Source of the DNA: Sphingobium sp.
GTDB lineage: Bacteria; Pseudomonadota; Alphaproteobacteria; Sphingomonadales; Sphingomonadaceae
Reading direction: 5' to 3'
DNA length: 64,000 bases
Assembly (NCBI GenBank): GCA_049841255.1
Contig: JASGDV010000218.1
Location: 1,209-65,208 of the forward strand
Shown: one piece after another, positions 1 to 8,582 of the stretch
Position numbering within the stretch: the stretch's first letter is position 1
How the letters are laid out: each line of letters begins with the position of its first letter
The notes under the pieces: generated by a model
What the model saw: the letters and a program-made list of their open reading frames with translations, nothing else
What the model was told of the DNA's origin: nothing
Databases searched by the model: none
Translations under genes and position numbers: made by a program

Positions 1-999
1 ACGGTTTCGACGACCTTCTTCCACCCCTATCATATCGCGCGGACCCTGGGGTCGCTGGATGTGCTGACGGGCGGGCGGGTCGCCTGGAACATGGTGACAT
101 CCTCCAGCCAGGTCGAGGCGCGCAATTTCGGCATGGACACCATCCCGCCCCGGATGGAACGCTATGACCGGGCGGAAGAGGTGCTGGAAGCCTGCCTCGC
201 GCTGTGGGATAGCTGGGGCGAGGGCGCGGTGGTCATGGACAAGAAGGCAGGCATCTTCGCCGATCCTTCCAAGGTCAGGCCCGCCAATTATGAAGGCCGT
301 TTCGTCCGCACGGCAGGCCCGCTGACCACCCCGCGTTCCGCGCAGGGGCATCCCGTCATCATGCAGGCCGGATCGTCGGAAAAGGGGCGCGATCTGGGCG
401 CGCGTTCGGCGGAGGTGATCTTCTCCGTCAAACATGAATCCGCCATGCAGGACTTTTATTCGGACATCAAACGCCGGATGGAAAGCCATGGCCGTGGTCC
501 CGACGACTGCAAGATATTGACCTGCGTCGACACGATCATCGGCGAGACGGAAAGCATCGCGCGCGAGAAGCAGGCTTATGTGAACAGCCTGGTCGATGCG
601 GAGGGCGCGCTGGCGCTGGCTTCGTCCCATGCCGGGCTGGACCTGTCCCGATACCCGCTGGACCTGCCGCTGACGGAAGTGCAGTTCGAGGAAGGATCGG
701 AAGGCGCCTATAACCAGATCGCGAAATTCGGCGGGGAAGGGCTGACGCTTCGCGAAGCCGCCGTGCAATATGGGACGCATATGATGTGCCCGCAGATCGT
801 CGGGACGCCGGAACAGGTGGCGGACAAGTTGCAGCATCTGTTCGAAAACCGTTCCTGCGACGGTTTCGTCATGACCCCCATCGTGCTGCCGGGCAATTTC
901 GAGGAATTCGTCAACATGGTCGTGCCGATCCTCCAGGAGCGCGGCCTTTTCCGCACCGAATATGCGGGCGAGACGTTGCGCGAGAATCTGCGCGGCTGA
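1..999 (+). CDS. LLM-class flavin-dependent monooxygenase, NtaA/SnaA/DszA-like (5' end lies outside window)
   Basis: The frame is open from nt 1 (TVSTTFFHPYHIARTLGSLDVLTGGRVAWNMVTSS...). The C-terminal ~330 aa is collinear with nitrilotriacetate-monooxygenase-A type luciferase-like enzymes. TGA stop at 997-999. Confidence 0.85.
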   Translation, partial: TVSTTFFHPYHIARTLGSLDVLTGGRVAWNMVTSSSQVEARNFGMDTIPPRMERYDRAEEVLEACLALWDSWGEGAVVMDKKAGIFADPSKVRPANYEGRFVRTAGPLTTPRSAQGHPVIMQAGSSEKGRDLGARSAEVIFSVKHESAMQDFYSDIKRRMESHGRGPDDCKILTCVDTIIGETESIAREKQAYVNSLVDAEGALALASSHAGLDLSRYPLDLPLTEVQFEEGSEGAYNQIAKFGGEGLTLREAAVQYGTHMMCPQIVGTPEQVADKLQHLFENRSCDGFVMTPIVLPGNFEEFVNMVVPILQERGLFRTEYAGETLRENLRG

Positions 1000-1017
1000 C
1001 ACAGGACAGGGAGACGG

Positions 1018-2259
1018 ATCATCGCCCGCATAGCCGACGTCATCTTCGTCCCCGCGCGGGGCGGATATTTCAATATCGATCTGGCCGCGATGCAGACGGG
1101 ACGGGCGCGCAACGGCTTCCTGTATGAAGGGGAGCCGATCACGCCGGGGTTCGACGGCATCGTCCAGCCCGGCGAGTGCCTGTCGGTCCTGATCGTGCTG
1201 GACGACGGGCAGGTCGGCATGGGCGAAGGCGTCAGCGTCATATTGGCGGGCGCGGCGGGGCGGGAAGCCATCTTCCGGCCGGCCGATCATGTCGCGTGGC
1301 TGGAGGAGCATGTCCGGCCGCTGCTGATCGGGCGCTCGCTGGAAAATGGGCGGGAACTGGCGGAGGAGATGGACGCGCTCCGGGTGGATGGAGACTTGCT
1401 CCATGGCGCGGCCCGTTACGCGATCACGCAGGCGATCTTCCACGCCAGCGCCCTTGCGCGGCGGCGCACGGTGGCGCAGGTCATCGCCGAGGATTATGGG
1501 ATCGGGGGCGAGATGCGCGCCATTCCGATCCTCGCGGCCTGCGAGCAGGGGGATATGGCGCTGACCGACCGCATCATCCTGAAACGCGCCGATCTGTTGC
1601 CGCACGGTTCCTTCGCTTCGGTGGAGAATGATCTTGGGACGGACGGCGGCAAGCTGCTGGACTATGCGAGGGGATTGGCCGCGCGGATCGGCGAGGTCGG
1701 GGGAGAAGGATATCGCCCGACCATCCATTTCGATTGCTACGGATCGATTGGCAGCCTTTATCCCGATCCGGCCGAGGCGGCGGCCTATCTCGACAGGGTG
1801 GCCGAGGCGGTCGCGCCCTATCCTCTGCTGATCGAATCCCCGATCATCATGCCGAGCCGGGAAGAACAGTTCGCCAGCTATCGCGCGTTGCGGGTCGCGC
1901 TGCGCGACCGAGGCAGCACCGTCCGCATCATCATCGACGAATGGTGCAATACGCTGGATGATATTCGCGAATGCGCGCGCATGGGCGCGACGGATTTCGT
2001 GCAGATCAAGACGCCTGATCTGGGCGGCATCAACAATTCCATCGAAGCCGTGCTCATCTGCCGCGCCGCTTCGATGGGCGCTTGTCTGGGCGGGTCGGCC
2101 AATGAGACGGATATTTCCGCGCGCATGACGGTGCAGGTCGCGCTCGCCTGCCAGCCTGACTTCCTGATGTCGAAGCCGGGGCTGGGCTTCGACGAGGCCT
2201 ATATGATCATGAGCAACGAGATGTCGCGCACGCTGGCGCTTGCGAAGCGGCGGGCTTGA
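1018..2259 (+). CDS. Methylaspartate ammonia-lyase family protein (enolase-superfamily C-N lyase); start codon uncertain
   Basis: Collinear, from memory, with Clostridium 3-methylaspartase, including the catalytic-Lys motif VQIKTPDLGG and the C-terminus GGSANETDISARMTVQVALA..KPGLGFDEAYMIMSNEMSRTLAL. The conserved N-terminal strand (IARIADVIFVPARGGYFNID) is encoded upstream of the first ATG (1090). I placed the start at ATC 1018/1021, behind GGGAGA at 1009-1014. Confidence 0.8.
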   Translation: MIARIADVIFVPARGGYFNIDLAAMQTGRARNGFLYEGEPITPGFDGIVQPGECLSVLIVLDDGQVGMGEGVSVILAGAAGREAIFRPADHVAWLEEHVRPLLIGRSLENGRELAEEMDALRVDGDLLHGAARYAITQAIFHASALARRRTVAQVIAEDYGIGGEMRAIPILAACEQGDMALTDRIILKRADLLPHGSFASVENDLGTDGGKLLDYARGLAARIGEVGGEGYRPTIHFDCYGSIGSLYPDPAEAAAYLDRVAEAVAPYPLLIESPIIMPSREEQFASYRALRVALRDRGSTVRIIIDEWCNTLDDIRECARMGATDFVQIKTPDLGGINNSIEAVLICRAASMGACLGGSANETDISARMTVQVALACQPDFLMSKPGLGFDEAYMIMSNEMSRTLALAKRRA

Positions 2260-2267
2260 GGAAGAAG

Positions 2268-3602
2268 ATGGAAAGCCTTTCCCGGCAATTTGCGGACTTT
2301 TGGGCGGACGCCGCTTATGAGGATTTGCCCGCGGAGGCGATCCACAGCGTCAAGCGGGTCATATTGGACAGCTTGGCGGTGGCGGCTGCGGGCGCGTGGA
2401 CCGATGAAGGCGAAATCTTCCGGCGTGGGCTGTGCAACGGCCATGACGGCGGGAAGGGGGAGGCGCTTTTGTGGGGCACGCAGAGCCGGGTGCCCGCCTC
2501 CGTCGCCGCCATCGTGAACGGCAGCAACGCGCATATTCTGGAAATGGACGATTATGGCGGTTCGGGGCATACGGGGGCCGTGGTCGTCCCTGCGGCGGTC
2601 GCGCTGGCGGAACGCGAAGGGGCGAGCGGTCGGGACCTGATCCTTGCGGTTGCGGCGGGTTACGACATGTCGACCCGCGCGCTGGCCGCCGTGGGAGGCT
2701 ATGCGGCGCATAATGGCGACGGATGGCATTCGACGGGAACATGCGGCAGCTTCGCGGCCGGGGTGGCTGGCGCGCGCATGTTGCGCCTGCCTGCGCCTGC
2801 CTTTGCCCATGCCATCGGCATCGCGGGCACCTTCACCGGCGGAATCTGGGCCTTTGCCGTCGAAGGGGCGATGGCGAAACGCTATCATGCGGGCCGCGCC
2901 GCCGAGAGCGGGGTGACGGGCGCGCTGTTGGCGCAGGCCGGGATGACGGGGCCGGAGCAGATATTCGAAGCGCCCTTCGGCGGCTTCCTCAGCAGCTTTG
3001 CGAAGGGGCATAATGTTCCCGAAGCCCTGACGGCGGAGCTTGGGCGTGCGATCCGGGTCGAGGATTGCCTGAAGAGCCATGCCTGCTGCCTTGGGCTTTA
3101 CCCGCCCATCGATGCCTTGCTGGACCTGATGCGCGGGAGGTCTCTCGATTGGCGGCGGATCGAACGGATGGAGATTCATGCGCCCGCCGATTATGTCGCG
3201 CTGTTCGACCGGCCCCATGCGTCCAATCTTCTGGAAGCGCAGTTCAGCACGCAATATTGCCTGGCGGTGGCGGCCATGGATGGCGAGGCCGGAATAAGGC
3301 AGTTCCAGCCGCTCAGGATAAAGGATGGCGATGTCGCCCGGCTGATGGAGGCGACGAGCGTTCACCTGCTGGATGAGGGAGAGGCCCGCCTTGTCGTTCA
3401 TATGGCCGATGGAGAGACATGGCGGCAGCCTTTGCCGACCGTCTATCCGCCGGTTTCCGACGAGCGCCTGTTCGCCAAGGTGTCGAGCCTTTTGCTGGAC
3501 CGGCTGGGCGATGCGCGGGTCGGCAGGCTTTGCGACAGGGTGATGGAACTGGAACGGGAAGAGAATATCCGCGATCTGGTCAATCTGCTGGCGATTGCAT
3601 AG
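2268..3602 (+). CDS. MmgE/PrpD family protein (2-methylcitrate dehydratase / iminodisuccinate epimerase / cis-aconitate decarboxylase superfamily)
   Basis: N-terminal pattern FADFWADAAYEDLPAEAIHSVKRVILDSLAVAAAG and GSNAHILEMDDY are typical of the family. ATG 2268 is preceded by GAGGAAG. Alternative start TTG 2256 overlaps the upstream stop. Confidence 0.85.
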   Translation: MESLSRQFADFWADAAYEDLPAEAIHSVKRVILDSLAVAAAGAWTDEGEIFRRGLCNGHDGGKGEALLWGTQSRVPASVAAIVNGSNAHILEMDDYGGSGHTGAVVVPAAVALAEREGASGRDLILAVAAGYDMSTRALAAVGGYAAHNGDGWHSTGTCGSFAAGVAGARMLRLPAPAFAHAIGIAGTFTGGIWAFAVEGAMAKRYHAGRAAESGVTGALLAQAGMTGPEQIFEAPFGGFLSSFAKGHNVPEALTAELGRAIRVEDCLKSHACCLGLYPPIDALLDLMRGRSLDWRRIERMEIHAPADYVALFDRPHASNLLEAQFSTQYCLAVAAMDGEAGIRQFQPLRIKDGDVARLMEATSVHLLDEGEARLVVHMADGETWRQPLPTVYPPVSDERLFAKVSSLLLDRLGDARVGRLCDRVMELEREENIRDLVNLLAIA

Positions 3603-3641
3603 AGCGGGACTGAAAGCCGCCGCTTTCTGGAAGGGTTGGAA

Positions 3642-5261
3642 ATGACGGGCACGATGGGAGAGGCGCTGAAACGGACGGTGGATTGTTTCCCCGACCGTAT
3701 CTTCCTGCGCGATGGTGACCGGCAACTGACTTTCCGCGAAACCTCGGCGCGGGTCGACGCCATCGGCCGCGCGTTGCTGGCCATGGGTTTGAAGCGGCAT
3801 GACCGGCTGGCTCTGTGGATGCCCAATTCGCCGGAATGGGCGTTGTTCGCACTGGCCTGCGGGAGCCTTGGCATCCTGCTCGTGCCCCTCAATACGCGGA
3901 GCAAGGCGGAAGAGACGGCCTATATCCTCCGCAAGTCGAAGGTGAAGGCGCTGGTCATGGTCGACCGGTTCTGGACCATCGATTATTGCGAATTGCTTGC
4001 GGAGGCCATTCCCGGATTCAGCCGCTCGAACAGTGGCGTCCGCAATCGCGATGCCCTGCCGCATCTGGATTCCATCCTGCTGTTCGATGGCGGCGTCGAC
4101 GATTTCGGCGTCGAGAGATGGGCGGCGGGCTCTGGCGTGGATGGCCCTTCGCTGGAAAAGGCCAAGGCGGCCGTCAAGGCGGACGATCCATTTCTGACGG
4201 TCTTCACCTCGGGGACGACGGGCTATCCCAAGGGGGCGGTCCACACCCATGTCATCCTGCGGAATGTCGAGAATATCGCGCGCGGAATGCATATCGAGTC
4301 CGGCGATGTGGTCATGGGACATATGCCGTTTTTCCATGTGGCGGGGCTCTGCACCGCGCTGCTGCCCGCTGTGATCAACGGTTGCACTCTGGTGACCATG
4401 GCCCAATGGGACCCGGTGGAGGCGGCCCGCACGATCGCCGGGCTGCGCGCGAATATCTTCGGCGGCATCCCCACCCATTTCATCGATCTGGCCGAAGCGG
4501 TCGAGCGCGAGGGGCTGGATACCTCCTGCCTGAAAGGCGCATGGATCGGCGGCGCGACCGTATCGCCGGAGATCGCCCGTCATGCGAAGGATGTGCTGAG
4601 GGTTCAGGCTTTGCAGGCGGCCTATGGCATGACGGAAACCAGCGCCTGCACGACCTTGAGCCGCTTTGAGGACCCGCTGGAAATCGCCTGCGAAGGGAAG
4701 GGCGTTCCCATCGGCGATTTTGAAGTTCGCGTGGCCGATCCCGAAACCGGGGCAGAGCGGCAAGCGGGCGAGAATGGCGAAATATGGGTGCGCGGCCATA
4801 TCGTCATGAAGGAATATCTGGAAGACCCGGCGGAAACCGCCAGGGCGATGACGCCGGACGGATGGTTCCGCACCGGCGATCTGGGCCATTTCGACGCTGA
4901 CGGCTATCTGAAGCTGACGGGCCGTTTGAAGGATATGTTCATCGTAGGCGGAAGCAACGTCTATCCCGCCGAGGTGGAGCGTTGCCTGGATGCCATGCCC
5001 GGCGTGCGTCAGGCGGTGGTGGTCGGCGTTCCGGACAAGAGGCTGGGCGAAGTCGGCTTCGCCTTTGTCGAGCTGGACGGAAGCGCGGGGCTTTCCGACG
5101 GGGATGTGCTGGCTTTCGCGAAACGGAGCCTTGCCGATTACAAGGTGCCGCGCCACATCCGCTTCGTCGAGGATTTTCCCATGACCGGCGCGCGCAAGAT
5201 TCAGCGGCATGTTCTGGTGTCGAAAGCGATCGCCTTGCTTGGCGCGTTGCAAAATGGCTGA
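3642..5261 (+). CDS. AMP-dependent acyl-CoA synthetase/ligase (ANL superfamily)
   Basis: AMP-binding motif TSGTTGYPKGAVHTH, later TGDLGHFDADGYLKLTGRLKDMFIVGGSNVYPAEVE. ATG 3642 lies behind GGAAGGG. Confidence 0.9.
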   Translation: MTGTMGEALKRTVDCFPDRIFLRDGDRQLTFRETSARVDAIGRALLAMGLKRHDRLALWMPNSPEWALFALACGSLGILLVPLNTRSKAEETAYILRKSKVKALVMVDRFWTIDYCELLAEAIPGFSRSNSGVRNRDALPHLDSILLFDGGVDDFGVERWAAGSGVDGPSLEKAKAAVKADDPFLTVFTSGTTGYPKGAVHTHVILRNVENIARGMHIESGDVVMGHMPFFHVAGLCTALLPAVINGCTLVTMAQWDPVEAARTIAGLRANIFGGIPTHFIDLAEAVEREGLDTSCLKGAWIGGATVSPEIARHAKDVLRVQALQAAYGMTETSACTTLSRFEDPLEIACEGKGVPIGDFEVRVADPETGAERQAGENGEIWVRGHIVMKEYLEDPAETARAMTPDGWFRTGDLGHFDADGYLKLTGRLKDMFIVGGSNVYPAEVERCLDAMPGVRQAVVVGVPDKRLGEVGFAFVELDGSAGLSDGDVLAFAKRSLADYKVPRHIRFVEDFPMTGARKIQRHVLVSKAIALLGALQNG

Positions 5262-5284
5262 AGCGGCGGAGAATAGAGGCGGAT

Positions 5285-6370
5285 ATGGTCTGGGCACCTG
5301 AAGATTTTTTCGGAAAGCATCTGCCGCTCGCGCTGCTGACCGGCTTTCTCGGCAGCGGCAAGACGAGCCTGTTGAACCAGTTGCTGCGCGATCCGCGCAT
5401 GGCCGACACGGCGATCGCGATCAACGAGTTCGGCGATATAGGACTCGACCAGCATTTCGTCGAAGCGGGCGACGATGATGTCATCCTGCTGGCCAATGGC
5501 TGTATGTGCTGTCTGGCCGGAGACCAGATCGAGCAGTCGCTGGCCCGGATATTCCAGCGCAGCGCGGATGGGGAAATCCCGGCTTTCAAGCGGCTGGTCA
5601 TCGAGACATCGGGCATGGCGGACCCCGAATTCGTCCTGCAATCCATCCTCGACAGTCAGATCATGTCGCGTTTCCTGTGGCTGGACAGCATCGTCACGAC
5701 AGTCGATTCCCTGTTCGGCGTCCAGCAGATCGGGCAGCATCACGAAGCCGCGAAGCAGGTGCGCCTGGCGGACCGGCTGGTGATTACCAAGGCGGACATG
5801 GTGGATGCGGAGCGGTTGGCGCAGGTGCGGGATGCCCTGGCGGACATCAACCCGGCGGCGCGGCAGATCGTGAAGGCCAATGACGATGTCGACATCTCCC
5901 TCCTGTTCTCCCCCGCATTTTTCGATGGCGGGGAGAAGGGGTCGCTGCTGGGGGCGTGGGCGGAAAAGCAGTTGCTCCATCGCGGTGAAGGCTCCCATGC
6001 GCATGCCGAAGGGGAACCTTGCAATCACGGCTGCGACGACGGGAGTCCGCACGTTGCCCATGCCAGCACCTTTACGCTGACCGCCGACAGTCCCGTCGAC
6101 TGGCATCGCTTCACCCTCTGGCTTGGCGAGCAGCAGCGCAAATATGGCGACCGGCTCCTGCGGGTGAAGGGTTTGCTCAACGTCAGGGGAACGGACGATC
6201 CCGTCGTGGTCCATGCCGTCCAGTCGGTGATGCATGTTCCTGTCTCCCTCAAGAAATGGCCGGACGAGGATCGGCGGACGCGGATCGTGTTCATCCTCAA
6301 TGGCGAGGACGAAGGTTTGTCCGGCGACTGGACGGATTTTCTGGCGCGCAGCAGCACTCCTGTCCTTTGA
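5285..6370 (+). CDS. COG0523-family metallochaperone GTPase (CobW/YjiA/ZigA-like)
   Basis: P-loop GFLGSGKTSL, CXCC motif GCMCC, and a His/Cys-rich segment HRGEGSHAHAEGEPCNHGCDDGSPHVAH. The part of the track ORF upstream of ATG 5285 overlaps the ligase gene in another frame. Confidence 0.85.
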   Translation: MVWAPEDFFGKHLPLALLTGFLGSGKTSLLNQLLRDPRMADTAIAINEFGDIGLDQHFVEAGDDDVILLANGCMCCLAGDQIEQSLARIFQRSADGEIPAFKRLVIETSGMADPEFVLQSILDSQIMSRFLWLDSIVTTVDSLFGVQQIGQHHEAAKQVRLADRLVITKADMVDAERLAQVRDALADINPAARQIVKANDDVDISLLFSPAFFDGGEKGSLLGAWAEKQLLHRGEGSHAHAEGEPCNHGCDDGSPHVAHASTFTLTADSPVDWHRFTLWLGEQQRKYGDRLLRVKGLLNVRGTDDPVVVHAVQSVMHVPVSLKKWPDEDRRTRIVFILNGEDEGLSGDWTDFLARSSTPVL

Positions 6371-6374
6371 GCTT

Positions 6375-7457
6375 TTAGAAAAGCCGCATCTGCGGCCCTT
6401 CCGGGGGACGGAAGAGATCGGTCCTGACCGTCAGGCGCTCGCCCGTGAAACCCGCGCGCTTGCGGGCCTTGACGAAGCGGGCGCGGATCAGGTCGGCCCA
6501 TACGCCCTGCCCCCTCATGCGCGTGCGGAAATTCGGATCATTGTCCCGCCCGCCGCGCATGTCGCGGATGATCGACATGACCTTGGCGGCCCTGTCCGGA
6601 TAATGCGCGTCCAGCCATGCGCGGAACAGCGGGGAGACTTCATGGGGAAGGCGGATCGGGATATAGCCTGCCTCGCGCGCTCCCGCCTCCGATACGCGCT
6701 CGACGATCGCCTCTATTTCATGATCGGTGATGGCCGGGATGATGGGCGAGATGCTGGCAAAGACGGGAATGCCCGCCTCCGCAAGCTGGCGGATCGCTTC
6801 GATGCGGCGCAGGGGGTGGGGCGCCCTTGGCTCCAGCGTGCGCGCCACCGCCGGGTCGAGCGACGTGACGGAAATCGCTACTGAAACCAGTTGGTCGCGC
6901 GCCATGTCCGACAGCAGGTCGATGTCCCTCAGGATGCGGTTCGATTTGGTGGTGATGAATACGGGATGGCGGCACTCGGCCAGGATCTCAAGGCATTGGC
7001 GCGTGATCCGCCAATCCTTTTCGATCGGCTGATAGGGGTCGGTGTTGGTCCCCATGGCGATGGGCGCGACCGCATAGCCGCTTCGCGATAGCTCCTCGCG
7101 CAGCAGCTTCGCCGCATCGGGCTTCGCGAACAGACGCGTTTCGAAATCGATGCCCGGTGACAGGTCGTGATAGGCATGGGTCGGTCGCGCGAAGCAGTAG
7201 ATGCATCCATGTTCGCAGCCGCGATAGGCGTTGATGGACTGGCTGAAGGCTATGTCCGGCGAGTTGTTTCGGGTGATGATGCGCCGGGCCTGCTCGACCG
7301 TCACGCTTGTGCGGCGGCGCGGGGCGGGACCGTCTATCGTGGGCAGCGCATCGAGCCAGTCTCCGTCCGCTTCCCGCAGAGGAAGATGGAAGCGGCTGCT
7401 GGTTTCGTTCCGCGTCGCGCCTCTGCCTTTTTCATGGGCCATGAAGGATTGGAACAT
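6375..7457 (-). CDS. PA0069-family radical SAM protein (SplB-like)
   Basis: Radical-SAM cluster motif CEHGCIYCFARP, with KGRGA near the N-terminus. The start could be ATG 7457 or ATG 7442. Confidence 0.8.
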   Translation of the reverse strand: MFQSFMAHEKGRGATRNETSSRFHLPLREADGDWLDALPTIDGPAPRRRTSVTVEQARRIITRNNSPDIAFSQSINAYRGCEHGCIYCFARPTHAYHDLSPGIDFETRLFAKPDAAKLLREELSRSGYAVAPIAMGTNTDPYQPIEKDWRITRQCLEILAECRHPVFITTKSNRILRDIDLLSDMARDQLVSVAISVTSLDPAVARTLEPRAPHPLRRIEAIRQLAEAGIPVFASISPIIPAITDHEIEAIVERVSEAGAREAGYIPIRLPHEVSPLFRAWLDAHYPDRAAKVMSIIRDMRGGRDNDPNFRTRMRGQGVWADLIRARFVKARKRAGFTGERLTVRTDLFRPPEGPQMRLF

Positions 7458-7524
7458 ATCATGAACAATTTGACAAGCGGATAGCAATCGGGTCACAGGG
7501 CCGAAAACCAATCAAGGACTTTCC

Positions 7525-8034
7525 ATGCGCACTTTCATGACCAGCCTTGCCCTTGCGGCTGCCGCCTTTTCCATGCCCGCCTTCGCGTCGGACGAGGAGC
7601 CTTGCGGCAAGAATATGGTGTGCGCCAGCAATCCGCAGTCGGTTGCCGATGCCGTGCAGGCCGCCGGTTACAAGGCCGTGCTGTCCAAAAGCAGCACGAC
7701 CGGCAATCCGATGATCGAAAGCGCGGCCAACGGATATAATTATTCGATCTTCTTCTATGAATGCGAGGACGGGAAGAAGTGCGGGTCGATCCAGTTCCAG
7801 ATCAGCTTCGAGGATGACGGGGCGAATACGTTCGAACTCGCCAACAAGTGGAACAGCAACAAGCGGTTCAGCCAGATGGCTGTGTCCGACGACAAGTCGC
7901 TGGTCGTCAGCTATGACTTGGCCACCATCGGCGGCCTCAACCAGAAGAATTTCGCCGATGTGGTGGACTGGTGGGCGCTGATGCTGGGTGACCTCAGCAA
8001 GTTCTTCAAGGAAAATCGCGCGCCCAAGGCGTGA
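7525..8034 (+). CDS. YbjN-domain protein with N-terminal signal peptide
   Basis: Signal peptide MRTFMTSLALAAAAFSMPAFA followed by a YbjN-like core (GYNYSIFFYECEDGKKCGSIQFQISF). AAGGA lies 6 nt upstream of the ATG. Confidence 0.6.
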   Translation: MRTFMTSLALAAAAFSMPAFASDEEPCGKNMVCASNPQSVADAVQAAGYKAVLSKSSTTGNPMIESAANGYNYSIFFYECEDGKKCGSIQFQISFEDDGANTFELANKWNSNKRFSQMAVSDDKSLVVSYDLATIGGLNQKNFADVVDWWALMLGDLSKFFKENRAPKA

Positions 8035-8053
8035 CGCGGGACGGGCGCCGCGC

Positions 8054-8581
8054 TTAGCTTTCGTTGAGGCGCGGCATCAGTTCGACGAAATTGCAGGGGC
8101 GGAAGCGGCTGTCCAACTGACTGACGAGGATGCCGTCCCATGCGTCGCGCACCGCGCCGGTGGAACCGGGCAGCGCGAAGATATAGGTGCCCCGCGCGAC
8201 GCAGGCGGTGGCGCGGGACTGGATGGTCGACGTGCCGATGCTCTGATAGCTGAGCCAGCGGAACAGTTCCCCGAAACCGGGAATTTCCTTGTCCTGCACT
8301 TGCGCCAGCGCCTCGGGCGTCACGTCCCGGCCGGTCACGCCGGTGCCGCCGGTGGTGATGATGCAATCGACCTGCGGATCGTCGATCCATGCATGAAGGC
8401 GCGCGACGATGGCGGAACGCTCGTCCCGCTCGATATGGCGGTCGGCGAGGATGTGGCCCGCCGCCCCGATCCGTTCGACCAGCGTGTCGCCGGAGCGGTC
8501 CTCCGCCAATGACCGGCTGTCGGAAACGGTGAGCACGGCGATGCGGACCGGCAGGAAAGGCCGGCTTTCATCGATGGGCAT
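8054..8581 (-). CDS. moaB: Molybdenum cofactor biosynthesis protein B
   Basis: MoaB/MogA-fold motifs [17 protein letters not shown] and [17 protein letters not shown]. The start lies 1 nt after the upstream stop. Confidence 0.85.
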   Translation of the reverse strand: MPIDESRPFLPVRIAVLTVSDSRSLAEDRSGDTLVERIGAAGHILADRHIERDERSAIVARLHAWIDDPQVDCIITTGGTGVTGRDVTPEALAQVQDKEIPGFGELFRWLSYQSIGTSTIQSRATACVARGTYIFALPGSTGAVRDAWDGILVSQLDSRFRPCNFVELMPRLNES

Positions 8582-8582
8582 G

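Noticed and set aside
997-999. In-frame TGA between the monooxygenase and the MAL homologue as a selenocysteine or programmed read-through site.
   Set aside because: I could identify no SECIS-like hairpin directly downstream, and a same-frame arrangement is expected by chance one time in three. I kept it only as an alternative within the start-codon finding.
4982-5284. Upstream extension of the COG0523 ORF.
   Set aside because: It overlaps the ligase gene's 3' end in another frame. The P-loop domain begins shortly after ATG 5285.
2199-5297. 1032-aa ORF on the minus strand.
   Set aside because: It lies antisense to three well-supported plus-strand genes (PrpD-like, ligase, 5' end of COG0523). 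Its composition is R/A/G/P/H-rich with no recognisable motif. This is a typical shadow frame in high-GC DNA.
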